Source: Candidatus Eiseniibacteriota bacterium (lineage in GTDB: Bacteria; Eisenbacteria; RBG-16-71-46; CAZAMP01). Taken from it: 64,000 bases of DNA. The notes beneath the pieces are model-generated. The model saw only the letters and a list, made by a program, of their open reading frames with translations. It was not told the origin of the DNA and did not search any database. The DNA is taken from positions 5,440,001 through 5,504,000 of the forward strand of contig OZ245046.1 in NCBI GenBank assembly GCA_965224245.1. The letters are read 5' to 3'. How positions within the stretch are numbered: the stretch's first letter is position 1; the number at the start of each line of letters is the position of its first letter. Positions 1 through 9,211 of this stretch are shown here, in pieces. Made by a program: the position numbers and the translations under genes.

Positions 1-141
1 CATCGCGTCGAGCGTGTCCAGAAGAAACGCCCGCGCGAGCACCGCCGCGCCGTCGGCGCCGACGGCGGGGATCAGTCGCGTGTTGACCCTGCCCGGTACC
101 GGGGGCTTGGCGAAGATCACGATGCGTGACGGCCGGCTCAT
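1..141 (-). CDS. DUF2064 / TIGR04282-family putative glycosyltransferase, N-terminal part (runs off window)
   Basis: Manual translation from ATG at 141: MSRPSRIVIFAKPPVPGRVNTRLIPAVGADGAAVLARAFLLDTL, typical 'FAKxPxPGxVKTRL' N-terminus of the family; not in the ORF track because truncated. Confidence 0.8.
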   Translation of the reverse strand, partial: MSRPSRIVIFAKPPVPGRVNTRLIPAVGADGAAVLARAFLLDTLDAM

Positions 142-161
142 GCGTCGACTCTACCGCATCG

Positions 162-1916
162 TCAGTGCGCGATGCCCGGATCCTCTCCGTCGGGGAGCGC
201 AGGTCGCTCCCGCGAGAGACCGCGTCCGGCGGCTCGCTCGACCCACGCCGCGTCGGCGGTGGACCGCATCCACGAGGTGCTCTCGGCGAACTCGCGTGCG
301 ATGCGCTCGAACTCGCCGGCGTTGTCCAGGAACGCGTCCACCACGTCGGGATCGAACTGGCGTCCGCGTTCGGCGAGGATCAGGCGGCGCGCCTCGATCG
401 GACCCATCGCGCGCTTGTACACGCGCTCGCTGACCAGCGCGTCGTAAACGTCGGCCAGCGCCATCAGCCGGGCCGGGAGCGGGATGTCGCTGCCCGTGAG
501 GCCGTACGGATAGCCGCCGCCATCCCAGCGCTCGTGGTGGTAATATGCGATGTCCCGGGCCAGCCGAAGGAACCGGTTGGGCCCCGAGCGATGCTCGGCC
601 CAGGCCAGCGCGTCACCGCCGAACTCGGCGTGCTGGCGCATCGTCGCGGTCTCGTCCGGCGTCAGGGCGCCGGGCTTCAAGAGGACGGCGTCGGGGACCC
701 CGACCTTGCCGATGTCGTGGAGCGGCGTGGCGCGCGTGAGCATCTCGATCGTGTGGTCGTCGAGCTCCGGTGCGAAGAGCGGATGCGAGCGCAGCGCGGT
801 GGCGAGGACGCGGACATATCGCTTCGTGCGCTCGAGGTGGAGTGCGGTGTCCGGGTCCCGGAGCTCCGCCAGTCGTGCGAGGCCCAGGACCAGCGCTTCC
901 TGACTGCTCACGAGCTCGGCGGTGCGCTCCAGCACGCTCGTCTCCAGCGCCTCGTTCGAGCGACGAAGCGTGCGCTCCAGCCGGCGCGCGTCGGTGACGT
1001 CGTGTCCGATTACCAGAACGGTCGGCTCACCGGGAAACCGTCGGAGCACGTGCTCGAACGTCCGATCCCCGATCGTCGTGTCGGCGCGTATCGACGTGTG
1101 CTCCTCGAGGCATCTGGCCACCAGGGCGGGCAGGTTCTCGGGCAACAGGCGCTGCCGGCCGATGCCGGCGCGCTGGAGTCGGTGCTCGATGTCGCGCGCC
1201 GCGGGGTTGCGATACAGGACGCGCCCCGAGCGCGAGATCTTCCACATCGGTCGCGGGCTCGCCTCCGGAAAGCGCGACAGCGCATCGACCTGACGCATCG
1301 TGTCCGAGAGCAGGCGATCGCGCTGGGCCCGGGTGCGTCGTGCGCTGAGCAGTGCCCAGACGCTCGTGCCGAGCGCGGCGCCGACCGCGGTCGCCGCGGC
1401 GAGCCATGCCCAGAGGCCGATCAGTCCGTGCACGTCGACCACCAGCAGCGGGAGGGTCGAGATCACGAACGCGGCGAGCGCCGCGAATCGTCCGGTGCGC
1501 CCGGCGGCGCAGGGGTCGTCGATCCTGGGATCGCGGCGACGACCCGCCGCACGCGATGCCTCCCGGTCCGCGGCGGCGATCTCGAGACGTCCGGCGGCGG
1601 GGTCGGCATGGATCTCGAGGCCGGGATGAGTCGTCGAGATCCTGAGAGGGCGAGGCGGTGCCGTCGCCGTGCGGGGGCGTCCATCGAGCGAGTCGACCAC
1701 GTACACGAGCGACCAGACGATCTCGTCGTACCCGAGGTTGGTGTCGAGCCGCACCACGCGGATGCCGACGCGGGCCAGATCGCTCAGGTCGCCGAGCCCG
1801 GCGCGCAGCTCCAGGACGCGCCAGCCGGACACGAGCAGGATGCTCGGCCGGGGCCCGTCGAACTCCAGGTGGAGCGAGACGGTGCGCGCGCCACGATCTC
1901 GGATCGGGGGAAGCAC
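162..1916 (-). CDS. Membrane HD-GYP c-di-GMP phosphodiesterase (unknown N-domain, 2 TM, PAS-like region, HD-GYP)
   Basis: Motifs LHDIGKVG, HHERWDGGGYP, ADVYDAL; two hydrophobic helices mid-protein; start uncertain (frame is open up to the TGA at 2187). Confidence 0.9.
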   Translation of the reverse strand: MLPPIRDRGARTVSLHLEFDGPRPSILLVSGWRVLELRAGLGDLSDLARVGIRVVRLDTNLGYDEIVWSLVYVVDSLDGRPRTATAPPRPLRISTTHPGLEIHADPAAGRLEIAAADREASRAAGRRRDPRIDDPCAAGRTGRFAALAAFVISTLPLLVVDVHGLIGLWAWLAAATAVGAALGTSVWALLSARRTRAQRDRLLSDTMRQVDALSRFPEASPRPMWKISRSGRVLYRNPAARDIEHRLQRAGIGRQRLLPENLPALVARCLEEHTSIRADTTIGDRTFEHVLRRFPGEPTVLVIGHDVTDARRLERTLRRSNEALETSVLERTAELVSSQEALVLGLARLAELRDPDTALHLERTKRYVRVLATALRSHPLFAPELDDHTIEMLTRATPLHDIGKVGVPDAVLLKPGALTPDETATMRQHAEFGGDALAWAEHRSGPNRFLRLARDIAYYHHERWDGGGYPYGLTGSDIPLPARLMALADVYDALVSERVYKRAMGPIEARRLILAERGRQFDPDVVDAFLDNAGEFERIAREFAESTSWMRSTADAAWVERAAGRGLSRERPALPDGEDPGIAH

Positions 1917-2186
1917 GTCCCGATCGAGGTGCTCGGCCAGTGGCGTCAGCTCGCGCGCGAGCGCACGGCGGCGCCATCGGAGGCGCAGGCGGCCCAGCCG
2001 CTGGCATCCACGCCGCAGGTGATAGCCCGCGCGCGCCGGTGTGGGAGAGTTGACGCTGGCGATGCCGACCCCTCCGCAACGTGAGGCGGCGCACCGGTCG
2101 GGAGGCCGCCTGGGTCCTCCTTCGGGTATCGGCAGCCGGCATCGTTTCGAAAGGAGGACTCGGCGAATGGGCGTTGGACGACGCCG

Positions 2187-3098
2187 TCAGGAGGGCTTCG
2201 GTGGACGCCGGAGAAGCTCCAGCTCCTCCAGCGTCCGCGGCCAGTCCTTCTTGAGAAGCCGCGAGAGGCCTCGATCGGCCAGGAGTCGCCCACCGGTCTG
2301 GCACGTGGCGCAGTAGTTGGTCTCGTTGGACGCGTACACGATTCGCTGCACCGGAGACCCGCAGTCCGGACACGGCTCCCCGTACCGCCCATGCACCGCC
2401 ATGCCGGGACGGAACGCCGTCACCTTCTCCGGAAACCCGTCACCCACCTCCTCGCGGAGCCGCTGCCGCCAGTGTACGAGGACCGCGCGCGCGGCCTCGT
2501 AGAGGCGTGAGACGGCCTCCGGGTCGAGGCTCCGGCTCATCGCGAGGGGGGAGAGCTGGGCCCGGTGCAGGATCTCGTCCGAGTACGCGTTCCCGATGCC
2601 GCTGACCAGACGCGGGTCGGTCAGCGTCCGCTTGAGGGTGTGGTTCTCGCGGGCCACGACCTCCCCGAAGGCGGCCTCGGAGGCGTCGAGAACTTCCAGG
2701 CCGCCGGGGTCGTGTCGCCCGACCGCCGCCTCGTCGGGCTCCACGTGAAGTGACGCGCGCTTTCGGGTTCCGGCCTCGGTGAGCAGGAGCGATCCGGTCG
2801 GGAAATCGAATGCGGCCAGACCCAGCTTCCCGGGGATCGTGACGTCGCGTTCCCGCCAGCGAAGCCGGCCCGCGATCATCAGGTGGATGACGAAGTAGAG
2901 CGGCGGATCGAACCCGACGACGATGCGCTTTCCCACGCGGCGGCACGTCGCGACCCGCCGGCCCTCCGCGTCGGACGGCTTCGGGGAGACGGTGCGCACC
3001 AGGAACGGGCTCCGGATCCGCGCGCGCTCGAGCTCGAGCCCACCGAGCATGGACGACAGTCGCTCCACGTACACGTCGACGTCGGGTAGCTCGGGCAT
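2187..3098 (-). CDS. Fpg/Nei-family DNA glycosylase/AP lyase
   Basis: N-terminal MPELPDV, H2TH motif GIGNAYSDEIL, C-terminal zinc finger CPDC...YCATCQ. Confidence 0.93.
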   Translation of the reverse strand: MPELPDVDVYVERLSSMLGGLELERARIRSPFLVRTVSPKPSDAEGRRVATCRRVGKRIVVGFDPPLYFVIHLMIAGRLRWRERDVTIPGKLGLAAFDFPTGSLLLTEAGTRKRASLHVEPDEAAVGRHDPGGLEVLDASEAAFGEVVARENHTLKRTLTDPRLVSGIGNAYSDEILHRAQLSPLAMSRSLDPEAVSRLYEAARAVLVHWRQRLREEVGDGFPEKVTAFRPGMAVHGRYGEPCPDCGSPVQRIVYASNETNYCATCQTGGRLLADRGLSRLLKKDWPRTLEELELLRRPPKPS

Positions 3099-3232
3099 GT
3101 GCGAACATCCTCCCGGTGCGCTTGCGGTGGGCGCGCACCATCACTAGACTGCGGCGCGCGCCCGCAGCGGCGGCGGCGGCGGGCTCCTCCATCGATCGCC
3201 GCCCCAGACACCGCCAACCCAAGTCGATTCCG

Positions 3233-4537
3233 ATGAAGAGACCGCAACACCGCCGGCTCCGGGTTCGTCAAAAGCTCGGCAAGTATCGCATCGACGCGAG
3301 GCTGGCCACCGGTGGCTTCGCGGACGTGTTCCGCGGCTATGATACCGTCGAGGGCGTCAAGGTCGCGCTCAAAGTGCCCAACGCCACCGCGCTCGCGCAC
3401 AGCGGCATGGCCGAGTTCCGCAAGGAAGTCCGCCTGACCGTGCACCTCGATCATCCCAACATCCTCGCCATCAAGAACGCCGACATCATCGACGGCATCT
3501 TCGTGATCGCCTATCCGCTGGGCGAGCGCTCCCTGGCCGATCGCTTGAAGACCCGCCTCTCGGTCCAGACCGCGCTCGACTACACCGAGCAGCTGCTCGA
3601 CGCGGTCGCGCATGCGCACGAACGGGGGGTCATCCACTGCGACATCAAGCCCGAGAACGTCCTCCTGTTCGAGGACGAGAGCGAGCTACGGCTCGCCGAC
3701 TTCGGCATCGGGCGCTTCGGGGTCAAGACGCTGATCGGCTCGGGGTCGGGCACGGTGGGTTACGTGGCGCCCGAGCAAGCGCTCGGCAAGCTCTCGTTTC
3801 GCTCCGACGTGTTCTCGCTGGGCCTCCTGTTGTATCGGATGTTCACCGGTCACCTTCCGGAGTGGCCGTTCGAGTGGCCGCCGGCGGGGCACGCGATCCT
3901 TCGCCGGAAGCTGCATCCCGACATGATCGCGATGATCCGGCGATCCATCGAGGTGAACGCACGCAAGCGGTTCCCCCACGGCTCGGCCATGCTCGCCGAG
4001 TTCCAGCGGGTGAAGCGCCGGGCCGTTCAGACGCCCCGCCGACGCCGCACGGCCGCATCCCCCGACTGGCGCTCCATTCGCCTGCGCGCGTTTCGTCGTG
4101 CGTACGGCAAGGGTCTCGAGACCCGCCTGCAGTGTCGTCACTGCGACGGGCCGGTCTCCGAGGCCATGCAGTGCTGCCCGTGGTGCGGCGTCACGCGTGA
4201 CGCGCGGCCCGACGAGACCTCGATGCCGGCCACCTGTCCCCGCTGCAAGCGTGGCGTCAAGCTGGACTGGGCCTACTGCGCCTGGTGCTACGGCGGCGCG
4301 ATCGGCCCGATCTCGGAGCGGCGGTATCCCGATCTTCGCTATGTGGGGCGCTGCAGCCACTCGGGCTGCCCGCGCCGGGAGCTGATGCCCTTCATGCGCT
4401 ACTGCCCCTGGTGCCGGCACAAGGTGCGACGGAAGTGGCCCGTAGAGGGCACCCGGTCGACGTGCCGCCGCTGCGGCTGGGGGGTCGTCTCGGAGTACTG
4501 GGACTTCTGCCCGTGGTGTTCCCGGGCCGTCGAGTAG
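3233..4537 (+). CDS. Ser/Thr protein kinase with C-terminal tandem zinc ribbons
   Basis: [31 protein letters not shown]-terminus with eight Cys pairs; start set at ATG 3233 (ORF extends to 3116). Confidence 0.9.
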   Translation: MKRPQHRRLRVRQKLGKYRIDARLATGGFADVFRGYDTVEGVKVALKVPNATALAHSGMAEFRKEVRLTVHLDHPNILAIKNADIIDGIFVIAYPLGERSLADRLKTRLSVQTALDYTEQLLDAVAHAHERGVIHCDIKPENVLLFEDESELRLADFGIGRFGVKTLIGSGSGTVGYVAPEQALGKLSFRSDVFSLGLLLYRMFTGHLPEWPFEWPPAGHAILRRKLHPDMIAMIRRSIEVNARKRFPHGSAMLAEFQRVKRRAVQTPRRRRTAASPDWRSIRLRAFRRAYGKGLETRLQCRHCDGPVSEAMQCCPWCGVTRDARPDETSMPATCPRCKRGVKLDWAYCAWCYGGAIGPISERRYPDLRYVGRCSHSGCPRRELMPFMRYCPWCRHKVRRKWPVEGTRSTCRRCGWGVVSEYWDFCPWCSRAVE

Positions 4538-4748
4538 CGCCGCCCATCCATCAAAAAAAACGATTTTGAACCACGTTCGGGTCGATTTGATGTTGTTCGG
4601 CCACGACGGAGCGCCGTAAATTTGGGTGGAACGCCGAAGCCCGGGAACCGGGCCGTGACTCGGCGAGTCTGTATCGGGTCAAACCGAGGACGCTCGATCC
4701 ACCACAGATATCGATTTCCGGGGCCTGGTCGATTTCACGACACGAGGA

Positions 4749-6284
4749 ATGACGACGATGACGCTCGAACCGCTGCTCAGGATGCACGACGCCAATTACG
4801 TCCGCTTGCGGCTCCGGAACATCCTGTATGACATCCGCTTCGCTCACGGCCGGGACACGGCCCAGATTCCGCACAGCTTCGATACCGACGCTCTCCTGGA
4901 CTTCTCACGCGAGGAGATGCGCCGCCGTCACCTGAGGAACGTTCCCCAGTGGACCGATCTGGTCGAGGCCGCCGCCGCGGTGGAGGCCGTGGTCGGCGAT
5001 CCCGACCAGGCACGCAAGCTCCTGCAGGTGGGCGCCAGGACGACCGGCCACGAACGCGCCTTCAATCTCTACCATCAGGCGGTGCTGCTGCACATGCCGG
5101 CCGGCGAGCGCCTTGCCGCGCGACGGCTCCTGCTCGATGCCCACGACTCGGTCACCGGCGATCGAGACCTGAAGACGCGCATCGTGCTGGCGAGCGGGCG
5201 GGCGGCACGGAAGCTCGGGGATCGTCCCGGCGCCGAGAAGGCGTACTCACAGATCCTGGCCACGGGCGTCACGAAGTATCGCCCGCTGGCCATGCAGTAC
5301 CTGGCGCTGGTCAAGTTCGACATGGGCGACCTGGACGACGCGATCTCGCTCAATCGTAAGGCCCACACGATCTTCAAGCGCGAGCGCGACGAGTACGCGG
5401 CCATCGGCGCCGATACCGACCTGCTCGCGATCACGACGATGTCCGACCCCGCGCGCGCGCTGGCGCACGGCCAGGCCCTGCTCAAGAGACACGAGCGGTT
5501 GCTCGATCTCTCCCACGTGGTGGGGTGCACGAACAACCTGGGCGTCGCAGCGATGCACGCCGGCGATCACCGCGCGGCGCGCGAGTACTACGTGAAGGCG
5601 ATCACGTATGCGTCGGCGCTCCGCCGTCGCGCGCTCCTGGCCGGTGCCTACATGAACCTGGGACGCGTGCTTCGCGCCCAGCGCCGGGCCGCCGCGTCGC
5701 TGGCCGCGTTCGACCGTGCCGCGAGCCTGTATCGTGCCTCGGAGTCCAACATCGAGGAGTTCCGCACGCTCGCGGGCGCGCTGGAGACGGTGTCCTCGTC
5801 CGGCGACGCGACCGTGATCGGGGTGCTTCTGGCCCGGCTGCGCGAGCTGCTCCAGACCGGCGAGGCGTTCCCGGCCCGCTCCCTGGCCATCGTCGCCGAC
5901 GTCTCGACGTCGTACGCGCTGGGCGGTTCCCCGGTCAAGTCGTCGCGCCGATCGGTGACGAGCTTCGCGAGCCGAGAGGGATTCGCGGAGCTGGATCGCA
6001 TCACCGGCGACGTTCGCGCCGATCAGTACGACTCGCTTCTGACCGATCGGATCGGTGAGGGGATCCCCGGGCGCACCAGCCCGCCGGCGCGGTCACTGGT
6101 GTCGTTCCTGCTCATGTTCCAGGGAGACTTCCTGCGCTGCCGCAACTATGCGCGCGAGTTCGGGCTGACCCAGGATCGCTCCAAGAACCACCTGCTCGAT
6201 CTCTGCCGGCGGAACATCCTGGAGCTGACCGGAACGAAGAAGGGGTCGAAGTACGCGCTGGCGTTTCATCGCTCCAATGCATGA
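4749..6284 (+). CDS. TPR-repeat protein with putative C-terminal winged-helix DNA-binding domain
   Basis: TPR-like units (TNNLGVAAMHAGDHRAAREYYVKAI; YMNLGRVLRAQ); C-terminal YAREFGLTQDRSKNHLLDLCRRNILELTGTKKGSKY resembles HTH + wing. Confidence 0.65.
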   Translation: MTTMTLEPLLRMHDANYVRLRLRNILYDIRFAHGRDTAQIPHSFDTDALLDFSREEMRRRHLRNVPQWTDLVEAAAAVEAVVGDPDQARKLLQVGARTTGHERAFNLYHQAVLLHMPAGERLAARRLLLDAHDSVTGDRDLKTRIVLASGRAARKLGDRPGAEKAYSQILATGVTKYRPLAMQYLALVKFDMGDLDDAISLNRKAHTIFKRERDEYAAIGADTDLLAITTMSDPARALAHGQALLKRHERLLDLSHVVGCTNNLGVAAMHAGDHRAAREYYVKAITYASALRRRALLAGAYMNLGRVLRAQRRAAASLAAFDRAASLYRASESNIEEFRTLAGALETVSSSGDATVIGVLLARLRELLQTGEAFPARSLAIVADVSTSYALGGSPVKSSRRSVTSFASREGFAELDRITGDVRADQYDSLLTDRIGEGIPGRTSPPARSLVSFLLMFQGDFLRCRNYAREFGLTQDRSKNHLLDLCRRNILELTGTKKGSKYALAFHRSNA

Positions 6285-6319
6285 GGCGGCGCCCGGGCCG
6301 GGCGCCGCCGGTGAGCGAT

Positions 6320-6676
6320 CTACTCGTCGGACGTGAAGAGCCATTCCTCACACTCTTCCACGAGGTACGACACGTCGGCCGAGCCGCTCGCCGAGAGGCG
6401 AATGCGAGAGCCCTCGACGATGGCCGGTGCCGTGATCGCCGTCCACGTTCCGGAGGCGTAGACGTCGAGATCGCCCGCGTCGATCGACTGCACGTCGAAC
6501 GTCACGACGGCGGGTGACGATGTCCCCGGAACCAGGAAGCGGACGGTCTCGAAGCTGGACGACGTGATCGTGTTCTTCACGACGCCGGGGCAGGTCGCGT
6601 TCGCGATCGTGGTGACGATCCCCGACACGACGGCCACGGCCAGGGTCGCGCGCGTGGGGACTCTGGGTCGCATCAC
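6320..6676 (-). CDS. Small secreted protein (118 aa, two Cys)
   Basis: AGGAGG RBS upstream; signal-peptide-like N-terminus ending ANA; beta-rich mature part. Confidence 0.65.
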   Translation of the reverse strand: MMRPRVPTRATLAVAVVSGIVTTIANATCPGVVKNTITSSSFETVRFLVPGTSSPAVVTFDVQSIDAGDLDVYASGTWTAITAPAIVEGSRIRLSASGSADVSYLVEECEEWLFTSDE

Positions 6677-7203
6677 GTTCCTCCTTCGGCGCCGGTGAGG
6701 ACGCCGGCTCCCACGAGACGAGCTCGAGGAGATCTCTGGGGGGCTTCTCCTCGTCGCGCCCCATCAGACAAGACGCGAAAAGGTGCCGCGATCCGACAGC
6801 TGATCGGATCACGTGCGGGGCTGACGCTCGAGCGACGTCCGACTTTGGTGTCGATTTGCGTCATTTACGTCGCATTTTCGACGTTTGCGTCGGACATCTT
6901 CCCCTAACGCACGAAGCGGGCCAAGAGGAGGGACGGGGCAGTGAATGTCATCGCAAGTGGCTGTTTTTCAACGGAATGAAGCCCTGGAAGGCGAGCCCTG
7001 GCGGCCGGTGTCGAGAGAGGAAGCACGACGAAATAGTCGATTCTGAGGGGTCGAACCGTCCGTCTCGTGACGCTGCCGAGAGCTCACGGGCCGCGAGACG
7101 GGAGGGGAGCCCACCGCCCGGTCGAGACTCGCCGGCGGTCGCGTCCGTAGTACGATGCGCCCGGCCGCATCCGGCGGCGGGTGTCCGGCGAGTGAGGAGC
7201 CAC

Positions 7204-7938
7204 GTGAAGTCGGGAAAATCGGTGGCGCTGGTGATCCCCGCGCTGAACGAGGAGGCCACGATCGGGTCGGTCCTGGCCGAGGTCGATCGCTCGCTCGTCG
7301 ATCGGATCGTGGTCGGCGACAACGGATCGTCCGATCGCACGGCCGAGCTCGCCGCCGAGGCCGGTGCCATCGTCGTCTCGGAGCCCCGCCGCGGCTACGG
7401 CAGCGCGTGTCTCGCGGCGCTACGGCGCGCTCGCGACGTGGACATCGTGGCCTTCATGGACGCCGACGGCAGCGACGACCCCGGTCAGCTCGACGCCATC
7501 CTGACGCCGATCGCGTCGGGCGATGCCCAGCTCGTCATCGGCTCCCGGACACGCGGCGGGGCCGAGCCGGGCGCCCTCACCCCGGTGCAGCACTTCGGCA
7601 ACGCGCTCACCTGCACGCTGGTGCGCTGGTTCTGGGGCGTCCGCTACACGGATCTGGGCCCGTTCCGGGCCATCTCCCGCCCGGCGCTGGACGCGTTGAA
7701 CATGCGGGATCCCGACTTCGGATGGACGATCGAAATGCAGGTCAAGGCGGCCCGGCACGCGTATGCTGTCCGAGAGGTCCCGGTGCGCTGCCGGGTCCGG
7801 CGGGGTGGCCGGTCCAAGGTGAGCGGAACCGTGATGGGCTCGTTGCGGGCCGGCACGCGCATCCTGGCCGTCGTGCTGGGGACGAAGCTCCGGGAGCTCC
7901 GGAGCGGGAATCCCGCCGTGGCCGGGCGTTCCCGCTAG
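7204..7938 (+). CDS. Glycosyltransferase family 2 (DPM/DPG-synthase-like)
   Basis: VIPALNEE, DNGSSD, FMDADGSD, VIGSR, YTDLGPFRAI; GTG 7204 preceded by GAGGAG. Confidence 0.92.
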   Translation: MKSGKSVALVIPALNEEATIGSVLAEVDRSLVDRIVVGDNGSSDRTAELAAEAGAIVVSEPRRGYGSACLAALRRARDVDIVAFMDADGSDDPGQLDAILTPIASGDAQLVIGSRTRGGAEPGALTPVQHFGNALTCTLVRWFWGVRYTDLGPFRAISRPALDALNMRDPDFGWTIEMQVKAARHAYAVREVPVRCRVRRGGRSKVSGTVMGSLRAGTRILAVVLGTKLRELRSGNPAVAGRSR

Positions 7939-8037
7939 CCAGGGCAGCCCTCGGACCGGCCGAACGCTCAAGATCACCGCGGCTCCGGCCGATTCTCGGG
8001 AGACGAGACCGACCGGACCAACCTCGGGGACACAACC

Positions 8038-8766
8038 GTGCGCCAGCTGAAACGAACGATGCCGCGTCCGGTTCGGCGAGCCTTCCGCCGCGCGCAGCGA
8101 CGGCTGACGCTCTCGCGCGCCACGCGTCGGATCCTGGATCGACCGGCCGGGACGCCGCCGACCCGCTCCGATCTGGGAGAGCTCCACTTCGGGTGGGGCA
8201 ACACGGGCTACTCGGCGGATCTCGCGTATCTCGAGCGGATCGCCGCGGAGGCCGCGCGCGTGGATCGCCCGATCCTGGAGTGCGGGAGTGGACTCACCAC
8301 GTTGATCCTGGGGCTCGTGGCCGGACGACGTGGGATCGAGGTCTGGACGCTCGAGCATCACCGGCAGTGGCAGGGTCGCGTGGAGCGCGTACTGGCGCGA
8401 TACGGGCTGTCGGTGCACGTCGTGCACGCGCCGATCGTCGAGCGCGGCACGTACGCCTGGTACGACCCTCCGCTCGACGAGATGCCGCCGAGCTTCGGGC
8501 TGGTGGTCTGTGACGGTCCGCCCGGAACCACGCTCGGTGGACGCTACGGACTGATCCCGGTCATGCGCGAGCGTCTCGCCGATGGCGCGACCATCCTCCT
8601 CGACGACGCCGGCCGTGAGGACGAGATCGCCATCCTGGAGCGCTGGGCGCTCGAAGCCGGCGTCACGTACGACTTCTTCGGAGACAGCGACGATGCCGCC
8701 CGCGTGATGCTCCCGGCTCACGCGACCGTCGCGGAAACGACCCGGCTCGGCCGGAACAACTCGTGA
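8038..8766 (+). CDS. Class I SAM-dependent methyltransferase-like protein
   Basis: ILECGSGLTT motif I, VVCDGPP, ILLDDA. Confidence 0.75.
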   Translation: MRQLKRTMPRPVRRAFRRAQRRLTLSRATRRILDRPAGTPPTRSDLGELHFGWGNTGYSADLAYLERIAAEAARVDRPILECGSGLTTLILGLVAGRRGIEVWTLEHHRQWQGRVERVLARYGLSVHVVHAPIVERGTYAWYDPPLDEMPPSFGLVVCDGPPGTTLGGRYGLIPVMRERLADGATILLDDAGREDEIAILERWALEAGVTYDFFGDSDDAARVMLPAHATVAETTRLGRNNS

Positions 8767-8773
8767 GGTGACC

Positions 8774-9211
8774 ATGTCCCCAACGATTCGCGCCTGCCTC
8801 CTCGCGCTCGGTCTCGTGGCCGCCGCGTCGATCTCCACGACCGCGGTCGCCGAGACGATCGTCATCCACGCCGACGGCGATCGTTCCCCGTCGGATCCCG
8901 CCGCTGCGATGATCGTGGCCGACGTGCCGGCCGTCCTCGCGGCCCGCGACGCCGACGCCGCACGCCGCGACGACGGTGGATTCATCTCCGGGAGCCGGGC
9001 CCTCGCCTCGGCCGAGCGCGCGGGGCTCGCCGCCGGCGTCCGTCCCTGGCGGGCCTACCTCGAGTTCGATGCAGCCGAGGCACGAGTCGTCTGGCGGATC
9101 ATGAACACGACCGACCAGAGCGGCGGGGACGCGTCCGGACGCGCGTACCTCCTGGACGCGACCACCGGCGACGTCGTCGCCAAGTCCGACTGGTCGGTCA
9201 CGATCCGCTAG
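8774..9211 (+). CDS. Small secreted protein, PepSY-like C-terminus
   Basis: Signal peptide; VVWRI...YLLDATTGDVV resembles the PepSY/FTP end motif; GAGGTG RBS. Confidence 0.55.
   Translation: MSPTIRACLLALGLVAAASISTTAVAETIVIHADGDRSPSDPAAAMIVADVPAVLAARDADAARRDDGGFISGSRALASAERAGLAAGVRPWRAYLEFDAAEARVVWRIMNTTDQSGGDASGRAYLLDATTGDVVAKSDWSVTIR

Noticed and set aside
126-2084. Long antisense and alternate-frame ORFs (e.g. 126-2084 +, 18014-20980 -, 31097-35695 -, 31387-33972 +)
   Set aside because: Shadow ORFs of high-GC coding DNA; Arg/Ala/Pro-rich, no motifs, and they overlap well-supported genes
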